The notes: generated from the letters alone by a model not told the origin. DNA of 64,000 nt from Candidatus Nitrospinota bacterium M3_3B_026 (GCA_051418015.1 JBPRGF010000031.1:32001-96000), one strand, 5' to 3'. Positions 8,525 to 21,057 are shown, counted from the stretch's first letter. Numbers and translations: made by a program.

Positions 8525-10099
8525 ATGACGGAAAACGAGGCTCCCCCCCTGATCCGGGCGCTCATGGACCCGGCGGTCTACGATCATCCCGCGCCCTCCC
8601 TCCGCCTGCTCCAGACGCACATATCATGGGTCATCCTGACGGGCTCCTTCGCCTACAAGATCAAAAAGCCCGTGGACCTGGGTTTCCTGGATTTCTCGTC
8701 CCTCGAAAAACGCGGGTTCTACTGCCGGGAGGAGCTGCGGCTGAACCGCCGCCTCGCGCCGGAGCTCTACCTCGACGTCGTGGAGATCAAGGGAACAGCG
8801 GAAAAACCGCGTCTCGGCGGCCGGGGCGGGGCGATCGAGTATGCCGTGAAGATGAACGAGTTTCCCCAGGAGGCGCTGCTCGACCGCGTGTTGAGACGTG
8901 GCGAGCTCTCCCCGGCGATGGTCGATTCGCTTTCGCGCGCGATCGCCCGATTCCACAGCGGCGCCCCCGCGGCGGACCCCAAAAGCCCCTTCGGGACGCC
9001 GGAGCGCGTCCGCGCCCCCGTGGACCAGAATTTCGAGCAGATATCCAAGAGGATATCCGCCTCCGGGGACAGAGAGCGGCTCGAGCGCCTGAGGGAGTGG
9101 AGCGAGCTGGAGTTCAAGGAGCGAAAGGGCGCCATCAAGGCCCGCAAGGCCGGAGGGTTCATCCGCGAGCTGCACGGCGACATGCACCTTGGCAACATGG
9201 CCCTCGTGGACGGCGAGATCGTGATATTCGACTGCATAGAGTTCAACGAATACCTGCGCTGGATAGACGTCATGGGCGAGACGGCCTTCCTGGTGATGGA
9301 CCTTGCCGACCATGGCCGGGCCGGCCTCTCCTGGCGGGCGCTGGACGAATACCTCGCGGCCACGGGCGACTACGGCGGCCTGTCCCTGCTGCGCTACTAC
9401 CTCGTCTACCGCGCCCTGGTGCGCGCCAAAGTGGCCAGCATAAGGCTCGCCCAGGAAAAGCCGGGCCAGGGGGACGAAGAGAGCGCCCATTACAGGGACT
9501 ATTTCACCCTCGCCGAAAAGTACGCCTCCCCGCCCCATCCAAAGCTCATCATCACCCACGGCCTCTCCGGCGCGGGGAAGACCGCCGTATCCCAGAAGCT
9601 GCTTGAGTCCATGGGGGCCGTCCGCGTCCGCTCGGACGTGGAGAGAAAACGCCTCTTCGGCCTCGCGCCGGACGAACGGGCGCCCGCCGCCGTGGGGGAG
9701 GGGCTGTACGCCCCCGAGGTCAACCGAGGGGTATACCTGCGGCTCGTGGATATCGCGAAGACGATCATCGGCGCGGGTCTTCCGGTGATAGTGGACGCGG
9801 CTTTCCTGAAAACCTCCGGCCGCGCCGCGTTCCGGAGCCTTGCCGAGACGCTGGGCGTCCCCTTCGCCATCCTCGACGTCACGGCCGATGAGGACGTCTT
9901 GCGAAAGCGCGTCGCAAAGCGCGAGGCGGAAGGCGCCGACGCCTCGGACGCGACGGTGGCCGTGCTGGAGGAGCAGATCAGAACCCACGAGCCGCTGTCG
10001 GAGCGCGAAAGGGCCTTTTCCATAAGGGTCGATACGACAAAAGGCTTCAGCCTGGAGGACGTCGAGGACTTCGTGAAGAGCCAACCCATGTCCCGGTGA
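8525..10099 (+). CDS. Aminoglycoside-phosphotransferase-like domain fused to a gluconokinase-like P-loop domain
   Basis: QTHISWV, AYKIKKPV, HGDMHLGN, FDCIEFN; then GLSGAGKT, RSDVERKRL, SDAT. Confidence 0.88.
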   Translation: MTENEAPPLIRALMDPAVYDHPAPSLRLLQTHISWVILTGSFAYKIKKPVDLGFLDFSSLEKRGFYCREELRLNRRLAPELYLDVVEIKGTAEKPRLGGRGGAIEYAVKMNEFPQEALLDRVLRRGELSPAMVDSLSRAIARFHSGAPAADPKSPFGTPERVRAPVDQNFEQISKRISASGDRERLERLREWSELEFKERKGAIKARKAGGFIRELHGDMHLGNMALVDGEIVIFDCIEFNEYLRWIDVMGETAFLVMDLADHGRAGLSWRALDEYLAATGDYGGLSLLRYYLVYRALVRAKVASIRLAQEKPGQGDEESAHYRDYFTLAEKYASPPHPKLIITHGLSGAGKTAVSQKLLESMGAVRVRSDVERKRLFGLAPDERAPAAVGEGLYAPEVNRGVYLRLVDIAKTIIGAGLPVIVDAAFLKTSGRAAFRSLAETLGVPFAILDVTADEDVLRKRVAKREAEGADASDATVAVLEEQIRTHEPLSERERAFSIRVDTTKGFSLEDVEDFVKSQPMSR

Positions 10100-10185
10100 C
10101 CCCCGCTCCCCCGGCCCCGCCCCGCGCGCGGGGCTCTTCGCTTCGCGGGACAAGGAAACGCGAACCGGCCCGCCGCCGCTTCCTT

Positions 10186-11007
10186 TCAGCCCTTGACGGC
10201 CCTGTCTATTTTCACGAGGCTTGAAAGCAGGCCCTTCAGCTCGTCCATGGGCCACATGTTGGGTCCGTCGCAGGGGGCGCTGGCCGGATCCGGGTGGGTT
10301 TCAAGAAAAACCCCCGCCACGCCAGCGGCCACCGCAGAGCGGGCCAGCACGGGGATATGCTCGCGGACGCCTCCCGTGGCATGGCCGAGCCCGCCGGGCG
10401 ACTGGACGGAGTGGCCCGCGTCGAAGATCACCGGGACGCCCAGCCTGCCCATCTCGTAAAGCGACGTCATGTCCACGACGAGACGGTTGTAGCCGAAGGT
10501 CGTCCCCCGCTCGGTGAGGGTGACGCGCTCGCCCCCCGCGGCCCTGACCTTCTCCACGGCGTTTTTCATGTCCCACGGCGCCATGAACTGGCCCTTTTTT
10601 ATGTTCACCACCTTCCCCGTCCTTCCCGCCGCGGCCAGAAGGTCCGTCTGCCTGCAAAGGAACGCCGGGATCTGCAGAACGTCCAGCGCCTCGCCCGCCG
10701 CCTCCGCCTCTTCCGGCGAGTGAACGTCGGAGAGTACGGGAATTTTAAGTTCGTCGCGTATCTTTTTCAGGACGCGCAGCCCCTCGTCCATCCCCACGCC
10801 GCGGAAAGACTCCATCGACGACCGGTTCGCCTTGTCGTAGGACGACTTGTAGATAAACCCTATCCCCAGCGCGGCGGTTGTCTCCTTCAGCCTCGCCGCG
10901 GCGGCCAGGGCGCTCTCCTCGCTCTCGATCACGCATGGCCCGCCGATGAAGACGAAGGGCAGGGCGGAGCCGATCCTGACGGGGCCGGGCTCGATGGTTA
11001 TGGTCAT
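10186..11007 (-). CDS. kdsA: KDO8P synthase
   Basis: GPCVIES, SYDKANRSS, QIPAFLCRQTDL, NIKKGQF, CDGP. Confidence 0.96.
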   Translation of the reverse strand: MTITIEPGPVRIGSALPFVFIGGPCVIESEESALAAAARLKETTAALGIGFIYKSSYDKANRSSMESFRGVGMDEGLRVLKKIRDELKIPVLSDVHSPEEAEAAGEALDVLQIPAFLCRQTDLLAAAGRTGKVVNIKKGQFMAPWDMKNAVEKVRAAGGERVTLTERGTTFGYNRLVVDMTSLYEMGRLGVPVIFDAGHSVQSPGGLGHATGGVREHIPVLARSAVAAGVAGVFLETHPDPASAPCDGPNMWPMDELKGLLSSLVKIDRAVKG

Positions 11008-11017
11008 GATACTCCCG

Positions 11018-13359
<2,342 letters not shown>

Positions 13360-13392
13360 TACAAGCAGAGTGGCAGTGAAAAGAAATATTGA

Positions 13393-14874
13393 TCATTTGT
13401 CATCCGCGGTAAGTTCAAGCTTCTTAAAAATATCCATTATATTTTCAGGTTGAAGAGCCCACCTATATGCAGGATGGACTTCCCAAGCAAAACCAAAATC
13501 AGCAAATTCACTTTGCAAGTAACGATTTTCTTCAAAATAGTATCGAATTATTCTGCTTTTTGTATCCTTTCGAGCAGTTAAAAAGTTAATTTTATATAAA
13601 AATTGAGCAAGTTGTTTTGGTGTGGCTTCTTTGTTGTTAGAAAATTTAAAACTTCCTGATTCAATAATTTGCTTAATTTTGCTAATCAATGCGGCTGTGC
13701 TATAGCAGTAGCCGGTGGAAGTTTGGCGCTCCTTTTTGTTTGGCCTCATTCCCATTATTAAGCGTTCTACATCTGGGAGTTCAGAACGATATTCATTTAT
13801 TGTGTCTTGTATTCTTCCTTGAGAATATTCAAAAAACACATTTTCCAAATCTGCTGTTTGAATAATATTTGATTTTCTATCAAACGCTTTTTTTGCTGCT
13901 AAGGTGCATAATTTGACTAAATCTCTGGGACGTTTTCTTATTAATGACATTAATACTCTGTATACAGGGGCATTTTCCCAGTGGCCGAAACCAGAAAACC
14001 GTTTTTCAAAAACCGAGTCAAGATAATGTGCAATTTTAACTTGTTTTTTTTCAATTAAATCTTGTTCGTTAATTGTGCGCCCAAAAAAGGTTTCGATTCT
14101 TTTTATTAAAAGAACGAGGATTTCATGATTTGTCCAGCTATACCAAATAACGGAACTTTCTATCTTATCAGTTGATTCGTCCGATGTTCTAACAAGAAAA
14201 TAAACATCGGATCTTAGTGCAACTCTAAACCTGATTTCTTTATTATCATTGCTAACATCCCGGATCGCATTCAAAAGGGCGGAAATTCGTCGAATCCCTT
14301 CTTCTTTTCCCTCCCACCCGCGGTCAAGATCATCGATATAAACAGAAACAGTATTAGAGTCAAGAAAAGATCTAATAATACTTTTTTTTGTCGGATCTAA
14401 TGTTATCTTCTCATCAAGATAAGGTTTTAAGGTGTCTTTAAGGAAATTAAATACTTTCCCCCCATGTATTTTTAAATTTGACAAATTAGTAGTTCCAATT
14501 CCAACGTGTTCTAAGATACGTGAGGCGATTATTTCATTTAGTCCTTCTTTCCAGTTTCGTATAAGCTGTAAAAATTCACTCTCATTTTTGCCAAGCTCTA
14601 TTACATCATCTGGCCTTAAGAATACAGGAAGTATCCCATTTTCAATATCTTCATTATAGGCAACTTTAAAAAGAGCGGATTTCCCAACCCCTTTGTGTGC
14701 TACAAGAATACGAAGCGACGAACTTGAGGTTATGCGGTCATATACTTTATGTTTAAAATAATATTCTTTAAGTCGTTCAAAGTTCTCGTCCTCAGCGGCT
14801 TCATGACCGAAAAGTTTCTGGATGTTTTCTTCAGAAAAGACAATGCCATTATTTGTTGACCCTTCAGTACGCAT
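13393..14874 (-). CDS. AT-rich P-loop ATPase (Sll1717/FunZ-like), probably horizontally acquired
   Basis: FGHEAAEDE N-terminal motif, Walker A HKGVGKSA, Walker B VYIDDLD, ALRSD, RPRDL; visibly AT-rich against its flanks. Confidence 0.8.
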   Translation of the reverse strand: MRTEGSTNNGIVFSEENIQKLFGHEAAEDENFERLKEYYFKHKVYDRITSSSSLRILVAHKGVGKSALFKVAYNEDIENGILPVFLRPDDVIELGKNESEFLQLIRNWKEGLNEIIASRILEHVGIGTTNLSNLKIHGGKVFNFLKDTLKPYLDEKITLDPTKKSIIRSFLDSNTVSVYIDDLDRGWEGKEEGIRRISALLNAIRDVSNDNKEIRFRVALRSDVYFLVRTSDESTDKIESSVIWYSWTNHEILVLLIKRIETFFGRTINEQDLIEKKQVKIAHYLDSVFEKRFSGFGHWENAPVYRVLMSLIRKRPRDLVKLCTLAAKKAFDRKSNIIQTADLENVFFEYSQGRIQDTINEYRSELPDVERLIMGMRPNKKERQTSTGYCYSTAALISKIKQIIESGSFKFSNNKEATPKQLAQFLYKINFLTARKDTKSRIIRYYFEENRYLQSEFADFGFAWEVHPAYRWALQPENIMDIFKKLELTADDK

Positions 14875-16267
14875 GTTTGTTCACGAACCCTTTCCAGATG
14901 GTCAGCCACAGTATCTTTATATCAAAAAGCAGCGACCAGTTCTCTATGTAATAAAGGTCGTATTCTATCCTCTTTTCAAGCGACGTGGCGCCCCTCCATC
15001 CGTTCACCTGCGCCCAGCCGGTTATTCCCGCCTTCATTTTGTGCCGCAGCATGTACATGGGGACGCTCTTTTTGAACCCCTCGACGAACACCGGCCGCTC
15101 CGGCCTGGGGCCGACGAGGCTCATGTCGCCCTTGAGGACATTGAAAAGCTGCGGCAGCTCGTCCAGGGATGTCCCGCGTAAAAACTCGCCGATCCTCGTC
15201 CTGCGGCCGTCGTCCCTGCTCGCCCAGACGGGGCCGGTCTTCTTCTCCGCGCCCTCCTTCATGGAGCGGAACTTGTATATGATGAAAGGCTCCCCGCCGA
15301 GGCTCATCCTCTCCTGCCTGTAAAGCAGCGGGCCCTTCGACTCGAGCTTTATCAACACGGCGATGACGGCCATGAGCGGCGACAGCAGGACTATCATGAC
15401 GGACGAGACGGCGATGTCGAATATCCTTTTGAGGACCAGGTTCCAGCCGTACATGGGGCTTTCGGTGAGGGAGACTATGGGGATGCCGTCGAAGTCCTCC
15501 ACGCCGGAGTTGAGCCTCATGAACTGCATGATGTCCGGGGCCAGCTTGATGTCCACCACCTCGTCGTCCAGCAGCGCGAGGGTCTTGTCCAGCCGGTCGT
15601 GGGCATAGCGCGGCAGGGCTATGAATATCTGGTCTATCCCGTGTTTCTTGATGACCTCCTTGACGCTGTCGATGACGCCTATGACCTTGTGTCCGTAATG
15701 CGTCTTTCCCACGTCCTTTTCTTCGTCCGCCAGCATCCCCACCACCTTCAGGCCGGACTCCGGGTGCATCGAAAAGGTCTCCGCCAGCCTCTGCCCCAGC
15801 TCCCCCGCGCCCACGATGAGGACATAGCGGAGGTTGTAACCCCTGCGGCGGACGGTTCTGAGGATCGTCCTGATGGCCATGTGGGATATCACCAGCGCGG
15901 CTATGCTGAACCCCCAGAAGAAGGCCATCACGCCCCGCGAATAGGCGTATTCGCGGTAGAAGAAGGCAGCGGCCATCATTATCACGGCGGAGATGGTCGC
16001 GGTCTTGAATATCCGGTAATATTCGTGGAAACGGGAGTCGGACCGCATCTGGGAATAAAGCCCCCCCACCTGCAGGGAGACCGCCCAGATGAGCACGACT
16101 ATCGGAATGACCTTGATGTAAAGCCAGATGTCCGGGACGCCGTAGTAGACGGGGACAAGGCCGGAGTGGAACCGGAAGAAATAGGCGGCGACCCAGGAGA
16201 GGACAACCGCCCCAATGTCCGCCACGAGCATCATGGCGAGAAATAATTGATTATGCTTTTTCAGCAT
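14864..16267 (-). CDS. Undecaprenyl-phosphate sugar-1-phosphate transferase (WcaJ-like)
   Basis: KRIFDI, YKFRSM, SLDELPQLFNVLKGDMSLVGPRPE, GITGWAQVNG. Confidence 0.93.
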   Translation of the reverse strand: MLKKHNQLFLAMMLVADIGAVVLSWVAAYFFRFHSGLVPVYYGVPDIWLYIKVIPIVVLIWAVSLQVGGLYSQMRSDSRFHEYYRIFKTATISAVIMMAAAFFYREYAYSRGVMAFFWGFSIAALVISHMAIRTILRTVRRRGYNLRYVLIVGAGELGQRLAETFSMHPESGLKVVGMLADEEKDVGKTHYGHKVIGVIDSVKEVIKKHGIDQIFIALPRYAHDRLDKTLALLDDEVVDIKLAPDIMQFMRLNSGVEDFDGIPIVSLTESPMYGWNLVLKRIFDIAVSSVMIVLLSPLMAVIAVLIKLESKGPLLYRQERMSLGGEPFIIYKFRSMKEGAEKKTGPVWASRDDGRRTRIGEFLRGTSLDELPQLFNVLKGDMSLVGPRPERPVFVEGFKKSVPMYMLRHKMKAGITGWAQVNGWRGATSLEKRIEYDLYYIENWSLLFDIKILWLTIWKGFVNKHAY

Positions 16268-16371
16268 CTTATGGAGCGCCGTACCCTTTTACCCATCCCG
16301 GAGAGTATAAACCAGACGCTCCCTTTTGTGAAGCGCCGGATGGGGGCGGACGCCGAAAGCTTTTTCAGGAG

Positions 16372-16698
16372 TCAGGAGGAGGTACTGGAGGGTTCGGCGG
16401 GTGTTTTCGAAAAGCCCCCGCCGCGCCCGGCTCTGGCGCTCTCTTCACGCGGCGCCGTTGTTCCGCGGGGCCTGTCGTAGGTAATGGGCCCCTCCGCGGC
16501 CCTCCCCGCCGGTCTCGCCCCGCCTTCTGAGACCGTGGCGCGGGTCATGGCCTCGGCGGAGATATCCACCCTGTCCCGGGCGCCGACCTGGTAGACGCGC
16601 CCCGTCCTGACCCTGCTCGTCCTGTTGGCGTAGAACTGTTGCCTGTCGTACAGCGAGAGCGCCTTTGCGGCGCTGGCGATTCCTGTGATGGGCGCCAT
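16372..16698 (-). CDS. Hypothetical protein of the fliD unit
   Basis: Co-oriented with fliD; DRVDISAEA motif common in flagellar-exported proteins. Confidence 0.55.
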   Translation of the reverse strand: MAPITGIASAAKALSLYDRQQFYANRTSRVRTGRVYQVGARDRVDISAEAMTRATVSEGGARPAGRAAEGPITYDRPRGTTAPREESARAGRGGGFSKTPAEPSSTSS

Positions 16699-16708
16699 CT
16701 CGATCCTG

Positions 16709-17149
16709 CTACAGTTTCAAGTCCTTGTATTTTCCGTAGATATCCTTTTTTGACCGGCTGCCGTACCCGGCCAGGCTCTTTTTTGTCCTGGCGATATCGC
16801 TGAACTGCCCGCGGACAGCGCCGCTCTCGGCCTCCAGGGCCCTGCGGCCCTCCTCGTCTATCTCCATGATTTCCATGACGATCCCCCGGATATCCTTCAG
16901 GAGGCTTTCCGCTTCGCCCTCTTCGGGGGAGGCGCTCTCCTTCCCCTCAGCGGCCAGCTTTTCGATCCGGGCGTCGTTTTCCCTTATTTTCTCGAGCGTT
17001 TTGTCCCTTTCGGCCATGAGGGAGAGGAGAACGGCCGGGTCCGCGCCCTCCCCCAGCCTCTCGTTCATCTCTTTTGCCCGGCCCAGAAGCTCCTGGTAGA
17101 GTTTTTTATGCTCTTTCAAAAGCTTCAGCGCCGCCTCGCTGTTTCGCAT
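16709..17149 (-). CDS. FliT/FlgN-like flagellar chaperone
   Basis: All-helical, directly downstream of fliD, ends KSLAGYG; RBS GGGAG before ATG 17149. Confidence 0.6.
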   Translation of the reverse strand: MRNSEAALKLLKEHKKLYQELLGRAKEMNERLGEGADPAVLLSLMAERDKTLEKIRENDARIEKLAAEGKESASPEEGEAESLLKDIRGIVMEIMEIDEEGRRALEAESGAVRGQFSDIARTKKSLAGYGSRSKKDIYGKYKDLKL

Positions 17150-17178
17150 AATTTCTCCCGGCGGCCCCGCGGGCTCGT

Positions 17179-19017
17179 TCAAGCCGTTATGGGGCCAAGT
17201 ATGTTCTCGAAAGAAGTCCTTTTTACATCGTATCGCGTCCGCTCCATCCTTCGCGACAGCAGGTCGTTAACCTCCCCTTCGCTCTTCCTGTAATATTCTA
17301 TCAATTTCCGCTGGAAGGCTATCATCCCCTTGTTTTCGTCCAGGGCGCGGCCCAGAGTCTTCTCGAGCCGTTTAAGGACGCCGTCCGGCGCCTTGTTGAA
17401 CACGTCGCGGGCGGCGGCGGGGTTTTCCGTGAGGCTCTTTTTCAGCCTCGCAAGGTCCACGTCCAGGGTGAAATCCTCGGCGCTCGTTATCCCCAGCCTG
17501 TCTAGCCGCGCCATGACCCCCGGCTCGTCTCTAAGGGGCCGCGGGTGGTCTTTCGGCTTGTCGAGTCCTTCCTTTATCGTCTTGAGGGTGGCTATGTCCA
17601 CGCCCCGGGGAACGGAGCCCGCCGGGAACAGGCCAAGGTCCTTCAACGAGCGGGGGGGGGATGGGATCGACTCCACCCTCCCGTTCGCCGCCAGGGCAAG
17701 ATCCATGGCCAGGTCCTGCGCCCTCACGTTCTCCTGTATCGGGGAACGGCCGATGTTCTCGTAGTTTATGAGGCTTATGGCGTCGTTGTAGGCGGAGGCG
17801 AAAGAGACCACGTTGGCCGCGGCGGCGGAAGGGTCCCTGTACACGGTTATCGTCACGGCGCGGGAGGTTGTCTTTTTCAGCGAAAGGGCAACCCCCGATA
17901 TGGCGTCCCCGACGATGTTCCCGGCGCTTTCAAGACGTTCCCCGTCCACCGTGAGCTTCGCCGTCACGGGGTCTTCGTGGTAATCGCTGTCTATCGCGGT
18001 CTTGAGATGCTTCTCGCCGTAGTCATCCGTCTTGTAAAACCCCAGAGACTCCAGTATCCCGTCCTGGTCCTCGATCCTCAGGCGCTTGTCCGCCCCTTCC
18101 AGGCTCTTTATCACCAGCCTGTCATCCTCAAGCCGCGCCTCGGCCTTTATGTTCTCCGACCCGCCGGTCAGGAACTCGTCGCCGTCGACGTCCTCGGCGG
18201 TGTCCAGGACGCCGTTTCCGTTAACATCCTCGTTGTAGTAAAAACCCGGCAGCCACCGTCCGCCCGCGTAAACGCCCGGCTGGTAGTACACATCCAGCTC
18301 TCCGTTCCCGTTCAGGTCCTCGTTCTGGGTGGTGACGGCGCCGTCCCCGTTAGAGTCCTCGCCGTTGTTTATCTTGTCGCGGATATCGGCCAGGGAGTCT
18401 CCGGCCTCCACGGCCACCGTGTACCCGTTCACCCTGAACGAGCCGGAGAGCCCCAGGGCGGCGTGGGTGTCCGCGCTCTCGTCCGAGGCCACCTGGTGGG
18501 CCACGGCCAGCCGCTCCACCGTGACCGAGTAGCTGTTTTCTTCGGCGTGGATGGACGGCTCGGCGCCTACTATGCCGGGGTGGCTCGATTTCACCCCGTA
18601 GGGATTAAAAGCCTCCTCCAGCTCAAGCGTCTTCACTTTTTCGCTCAGGGCGATGAGACGGTCTTTCAGGCTCATGAAAAAGCTCTCCTGCCCGTCAAGC
18701 GAGCGGTCGTCGCCCTTTCTGAGCTTTTCCAGGATGGCGCCGGGGGCGGGCTTTTCCCTTTCGATGTCGGCGATGAGCTGCTGCGCCCTGTAAGCCGACC
18801 CCGCCTCGCCGCGGTTGACGACCGGCGGGATGTTCCGCCTGTTATAAAACGTGGAGTCTATGACCGCGCGGCTCAGGGAGACCCTGTCCCCAACGCCCAC
18901 ATCGGCCGTGGCGGACCAGTAGCTGGCGGGCGTCCCGGTCTCTTTCCGGGGAGGGCGCCATTCCCTTCCCACGCCGGCCGTGGCGGACCAGTAGCTTGCC
19001 GGCGCCAGGATACTCAT
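17179..19017 (-). CDS. fliD: Flagellar filament cap protein with insertions
   Basis: YSVTVERLAVAHQVAS, DSLADIRDKIN, AKLTVDG..NIVGDAISGVALSL, FASAYND, LDVDLARLKKSL. Confidence 0.8.
   Translation of the reverse strand: MSILAPASYWSATAGVGREWRPPRKETGTPASYWSATADVGVGDRVSLSRAVIDSTFYNRRNIPPVVNRGEAGSAYRAQQLIADIEREKPAPGAILEKLRKGDDRSLDGQESFFMSLKDRLIALSEKVKTLELEEAFNPYGVKSSHPGIVGAEPSIHAEENSYSVTVERLAVAHQVASDESADTHAALGLSGSFRVNGYTVAVEAGDSLADIRDKINNGEDSNGDGAVTTQNEDLNGNGELDVYYQPGVYAGGRWLPGFYYNEDVNGNGVLDTAEDVDGDEFLTGGSENIKAEARLEDDRLVIKSLEGADKRLRIEDQDGILESLGFYKTDDYGEKHLKTAIDSDYHEDPVTAKLTVDGERLESAGNIVGDAISGVALSLKKTTSRAVTITVYRDPSAAAANVVSFASAYNDAISLINYENIGRSPIQENVRAQDLAMDLALAANGRVESIPSPPRSLKDLGLFPAGSVPRGVDIATLKTIKEGLDKPKDHPRPLRDEPGVMARLDRLGITSAEDFTLDVDLARLKKSLTENPAAARDVFNKAPDGVLKRLEKTLGRALDENKGMIAFQRKLIEYYRKSEGEVNDLLSRRMERTRYDVKRTSFENILGPITA
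18903..18996. repeat. 22-bp direct repeat, 72-bp period, in the fliD 5' end
   Basis: CGGCCGTGGCGGACCAGTAGCT at 18903-18924 and 18975-18996; encodes PASYWSATA twice. Confidence 0.9.
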
Positions 19018-19051
19018 CTTGCGCCCCTCGCGGGAAAAGCGCCCAGGACGC

Positions 19052-19078
19052 TAAAGTAAAACGCGCCGGGGCCGATAA
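19052..19078 (+). promoter_or_regulatory. sigma28 (FliA) promoter, antisense to the fliD leader
   Basis: TAAA-N15-GCCGATAA, exact consensus. Confidence 0.7.
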
Positions 19079-19298
19079 TATGTTCGGCAGGGGAGCAGGC
19101 GCGGACGCAAAGAAAGGGCGAAACGGCGCGCATGAACGCGCCGCCGAGACCGAGGCGGACCGCCGCCGCCGGGGGGCGCAGGGTCATCGGCAAACGCTCC
19201 CGCTCTTTTAGAATCACGCTCCCGCCGCATGGCGCGGGACCGGTTTTCACCTGCTCCGCGCCATGCCTTTTCACAAAGGCAAAAAACGCCTGTCCTCC

Positions 19299-19325
19299 TT
19301 ATCGGCGCAGGACTTGAATTCTTTA
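19299..19325 (-). promoter_or_regulatory. sigma28 (FliA) promoter of fliD
   Basis: Minus strand TAAA-GAATTCAAGTCCTGC-GCCGATAA, exact consensus. Confidence 0.8.
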
Positions 19326-19411
19326 GCCCGAGGCGGATTTTTTTTCAGGAAAAAACGCAAGCGTCAGTATAACAACGGGTTGGAAGCGCTGTCCGGGCGG
19401 CCGCCCGGCGC

Positions 19412-19798
19412 TCAGGCCGAAAGGCCTATGTCCGAGGGGGAGGTAAGCTTTTTGACCATGGCGATGAAGTCCTCCGTCTCCACGGGCTTGACGACGTATT
19501 CCAGCGCGCCGAGGTCGTAGACGGACTCGATGAACGTGTCCACGTCGCCGTGGCCCGTCACGATGATCGCCTTCTGGCCCTTGCGGATTTCGGACATGCG
19601 CCGCACGAAGTCCAGTCCGGACATCTCCGGCATCACGAGGTCCGAGATGACAAGATCATATTTTTTCCTGGCGAGCATCTGAAGCGCCTCCTCGGCGGAA
19701 TGGGACGAGTCCGTCTCATACCCCTGGCCCTCCAGCACCTCTTTGGACCACAGGATGTGCGCTTCGTCGTCGTCGACCAGGAGGATAGTTTTGGGCAT
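19412..19798 (-). CDS. Single-domain response regulator
   Basis: ILLVDDD, VISDLVMPEMSG, TG, KP. Confidence 0.93.
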   Translation of the reverse strand: MPKTILLVDDDEAHILWSKEVLEGQGYETDSSHSAEEALQMLARKKYDLVISDLVMPEMSGLDFVRRMSEIRKGQKAIIVTGHGDVDTFIESVYDLGALEYVVKPVETEDFIAMVKKLTSPSDIGLSA

Positions 19799-19924
19799 AA
19801 CGCAAGGACCTCGAGATTTCCGCGGCTTTGTCCACCACTTGAGTAGGTATTCTAGAGGAAAAAATCTCCGAATCCAAGAGGGTTCGTCCAGACGACGACG
19901 CCGGGAGCGAAAAAGGGCCCCCCG

Positions 19925-19938
19925 GTGACTTTGGTCAT
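19925..19938. promoter_or_regulatory. Putative CRP/FNR-family (HcpR/Dnr-like) site
   Basis: GTGA-CTTTGG-TCAT about 75 bp upstream of ATG 20011. Confidence 0.35.
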
Positions 19939-20010
19939 AACGGCGATGGCGGATCGTGGCGTAAATTGATAGACTTCAAAACTTTTGAGAATTTTTATGT
20001 TGAGGAGATT

Positions 20011-20646
20011 ATGAGCGCTTTTCTGGGTCCGATACATTACTGGATGTTCAAAAAGATACAGACACTGGAGTCCCGCGCCTTCGCCATCGCCTCCGCTTTG
20101 GAGGCGGCGGGCCGCGGCGGCGAGGTCAAAGAACTCTCGGACGAATACGGCGACAGGCTCGAGGGACAGGACCTGGAAGCCATCCTGGGGGACAACCCCA
20201 TCCACCAGTTCCTCTCCGGCCTTATCGCAAGGGTGGAAGTGCTCGAGTCGAAGCTTGTGGAGGCCGCTGGCGATGACTTCGGCAAGGCGCTGGAAGCCGC
20301 CGGGGAACACGGGGAGAAAACGGCGCAAGCCGCGCTGGAGAACGCCGCGGCGCCGGAAAACTTCGAGCAGATGTACCAGATCATAAACGACTACCAGCTC
20401 GAAGGGATGCCCTGCGACCCCGGCGCGGAGGTCGGCATGACAAACGGCGTCATGCGCTACGATCACTCCACCTGCAACCATCTGCCGAACTGGCGGTTCA
20501 CCGGCGTCGATGTCGGCAGGATGTGCGACATCACCAACGCCTGGCTCAACGGCTTCATAAAGGGCCTGAACAAGGACGCCAGCTTCTCCGTGGAGAAAAC
20601 GATCGCGAAGGGCGCCGGCTCATGCCGCGCCGAGCTGAAGCTGTAG
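20011..20646 (+). CDS. Hypothetical protein with MSAFLGPIHYW start and Cys-containing, V4R-like C-terminus
   Basis: RBS GAGGAG; LEGMPCD, C.H, MC and SC residues. Confidence 0.75.
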   Translation: MSAFLGPIHYWMFKKIQTLESRAFAIASALEAAGRGGEVKELSDEYGDRLEGQDLEAILGDNPIHQFLSGLIARVEVLESKLVEAAGDDFGKALEAAGEHGEKTAQAALENAAAPENFEQMYQIINDYQLEGMPCDPGAEVGMTNGVMRYDHSTCNHLPNWRFTGVDVGRMCDITNAWLNGFIKGLNKDASFSVEKTIAKGAGSCRAELKL

Positions 20647-20689
20647 CGGGAAGGGGCGAAAGTATACGCTGACCGGCGGCGCGCCAAAA

Positions 20690-20945
20690 AACCCATCCCC
20701 TGGAGGGAGGGTTTTTGAGGGGTAGGTCCGAAACTCCCTTTCTGTCGCCCTGAACCTGTTTCAGGGCCTCACGGCCAAACAGCGTCATGCTGAGCGTCAG
20801 CGAAGCATCCCGCGCATCCTGTGTCGTCCTGAGGGAGCGCAGCGACCGAAGGACCCCGCCCGGTCATGCCACGCCCTGCGGGATTCTTCGGCTGGCGCCT
20901 CAGAATGACAACGTTGACGCGCCTCCCCCTTCAAGGGGGAGGATT
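20690..20945. repeat. Intergenic cluster of REP-like palindromes (families A and B)
   Basis: GTCATGCTGAGCGTCAGCGAAG...GATTCTTCGG..CTCAGAATGACA; CCTCCCCCTTCAAGGGGGAGG. Confidence 0.75.
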
Positions 20946-21057
20946 TTGATATATGGCTCCGAAGCCCGCGCGAGTATAAGACAACCCGGAAAATCCCCGT
21001 CGGTGGGGCGACAAGGCCAAAAGCTTCCCCGTGGAAAGAGAGCGCCGGCGGCGGAGG

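Noticed and set aside
18903..18996. Mini CRISPR array
   Set aside because: Only two copies, in frame inside a coding region, and no cas genes.
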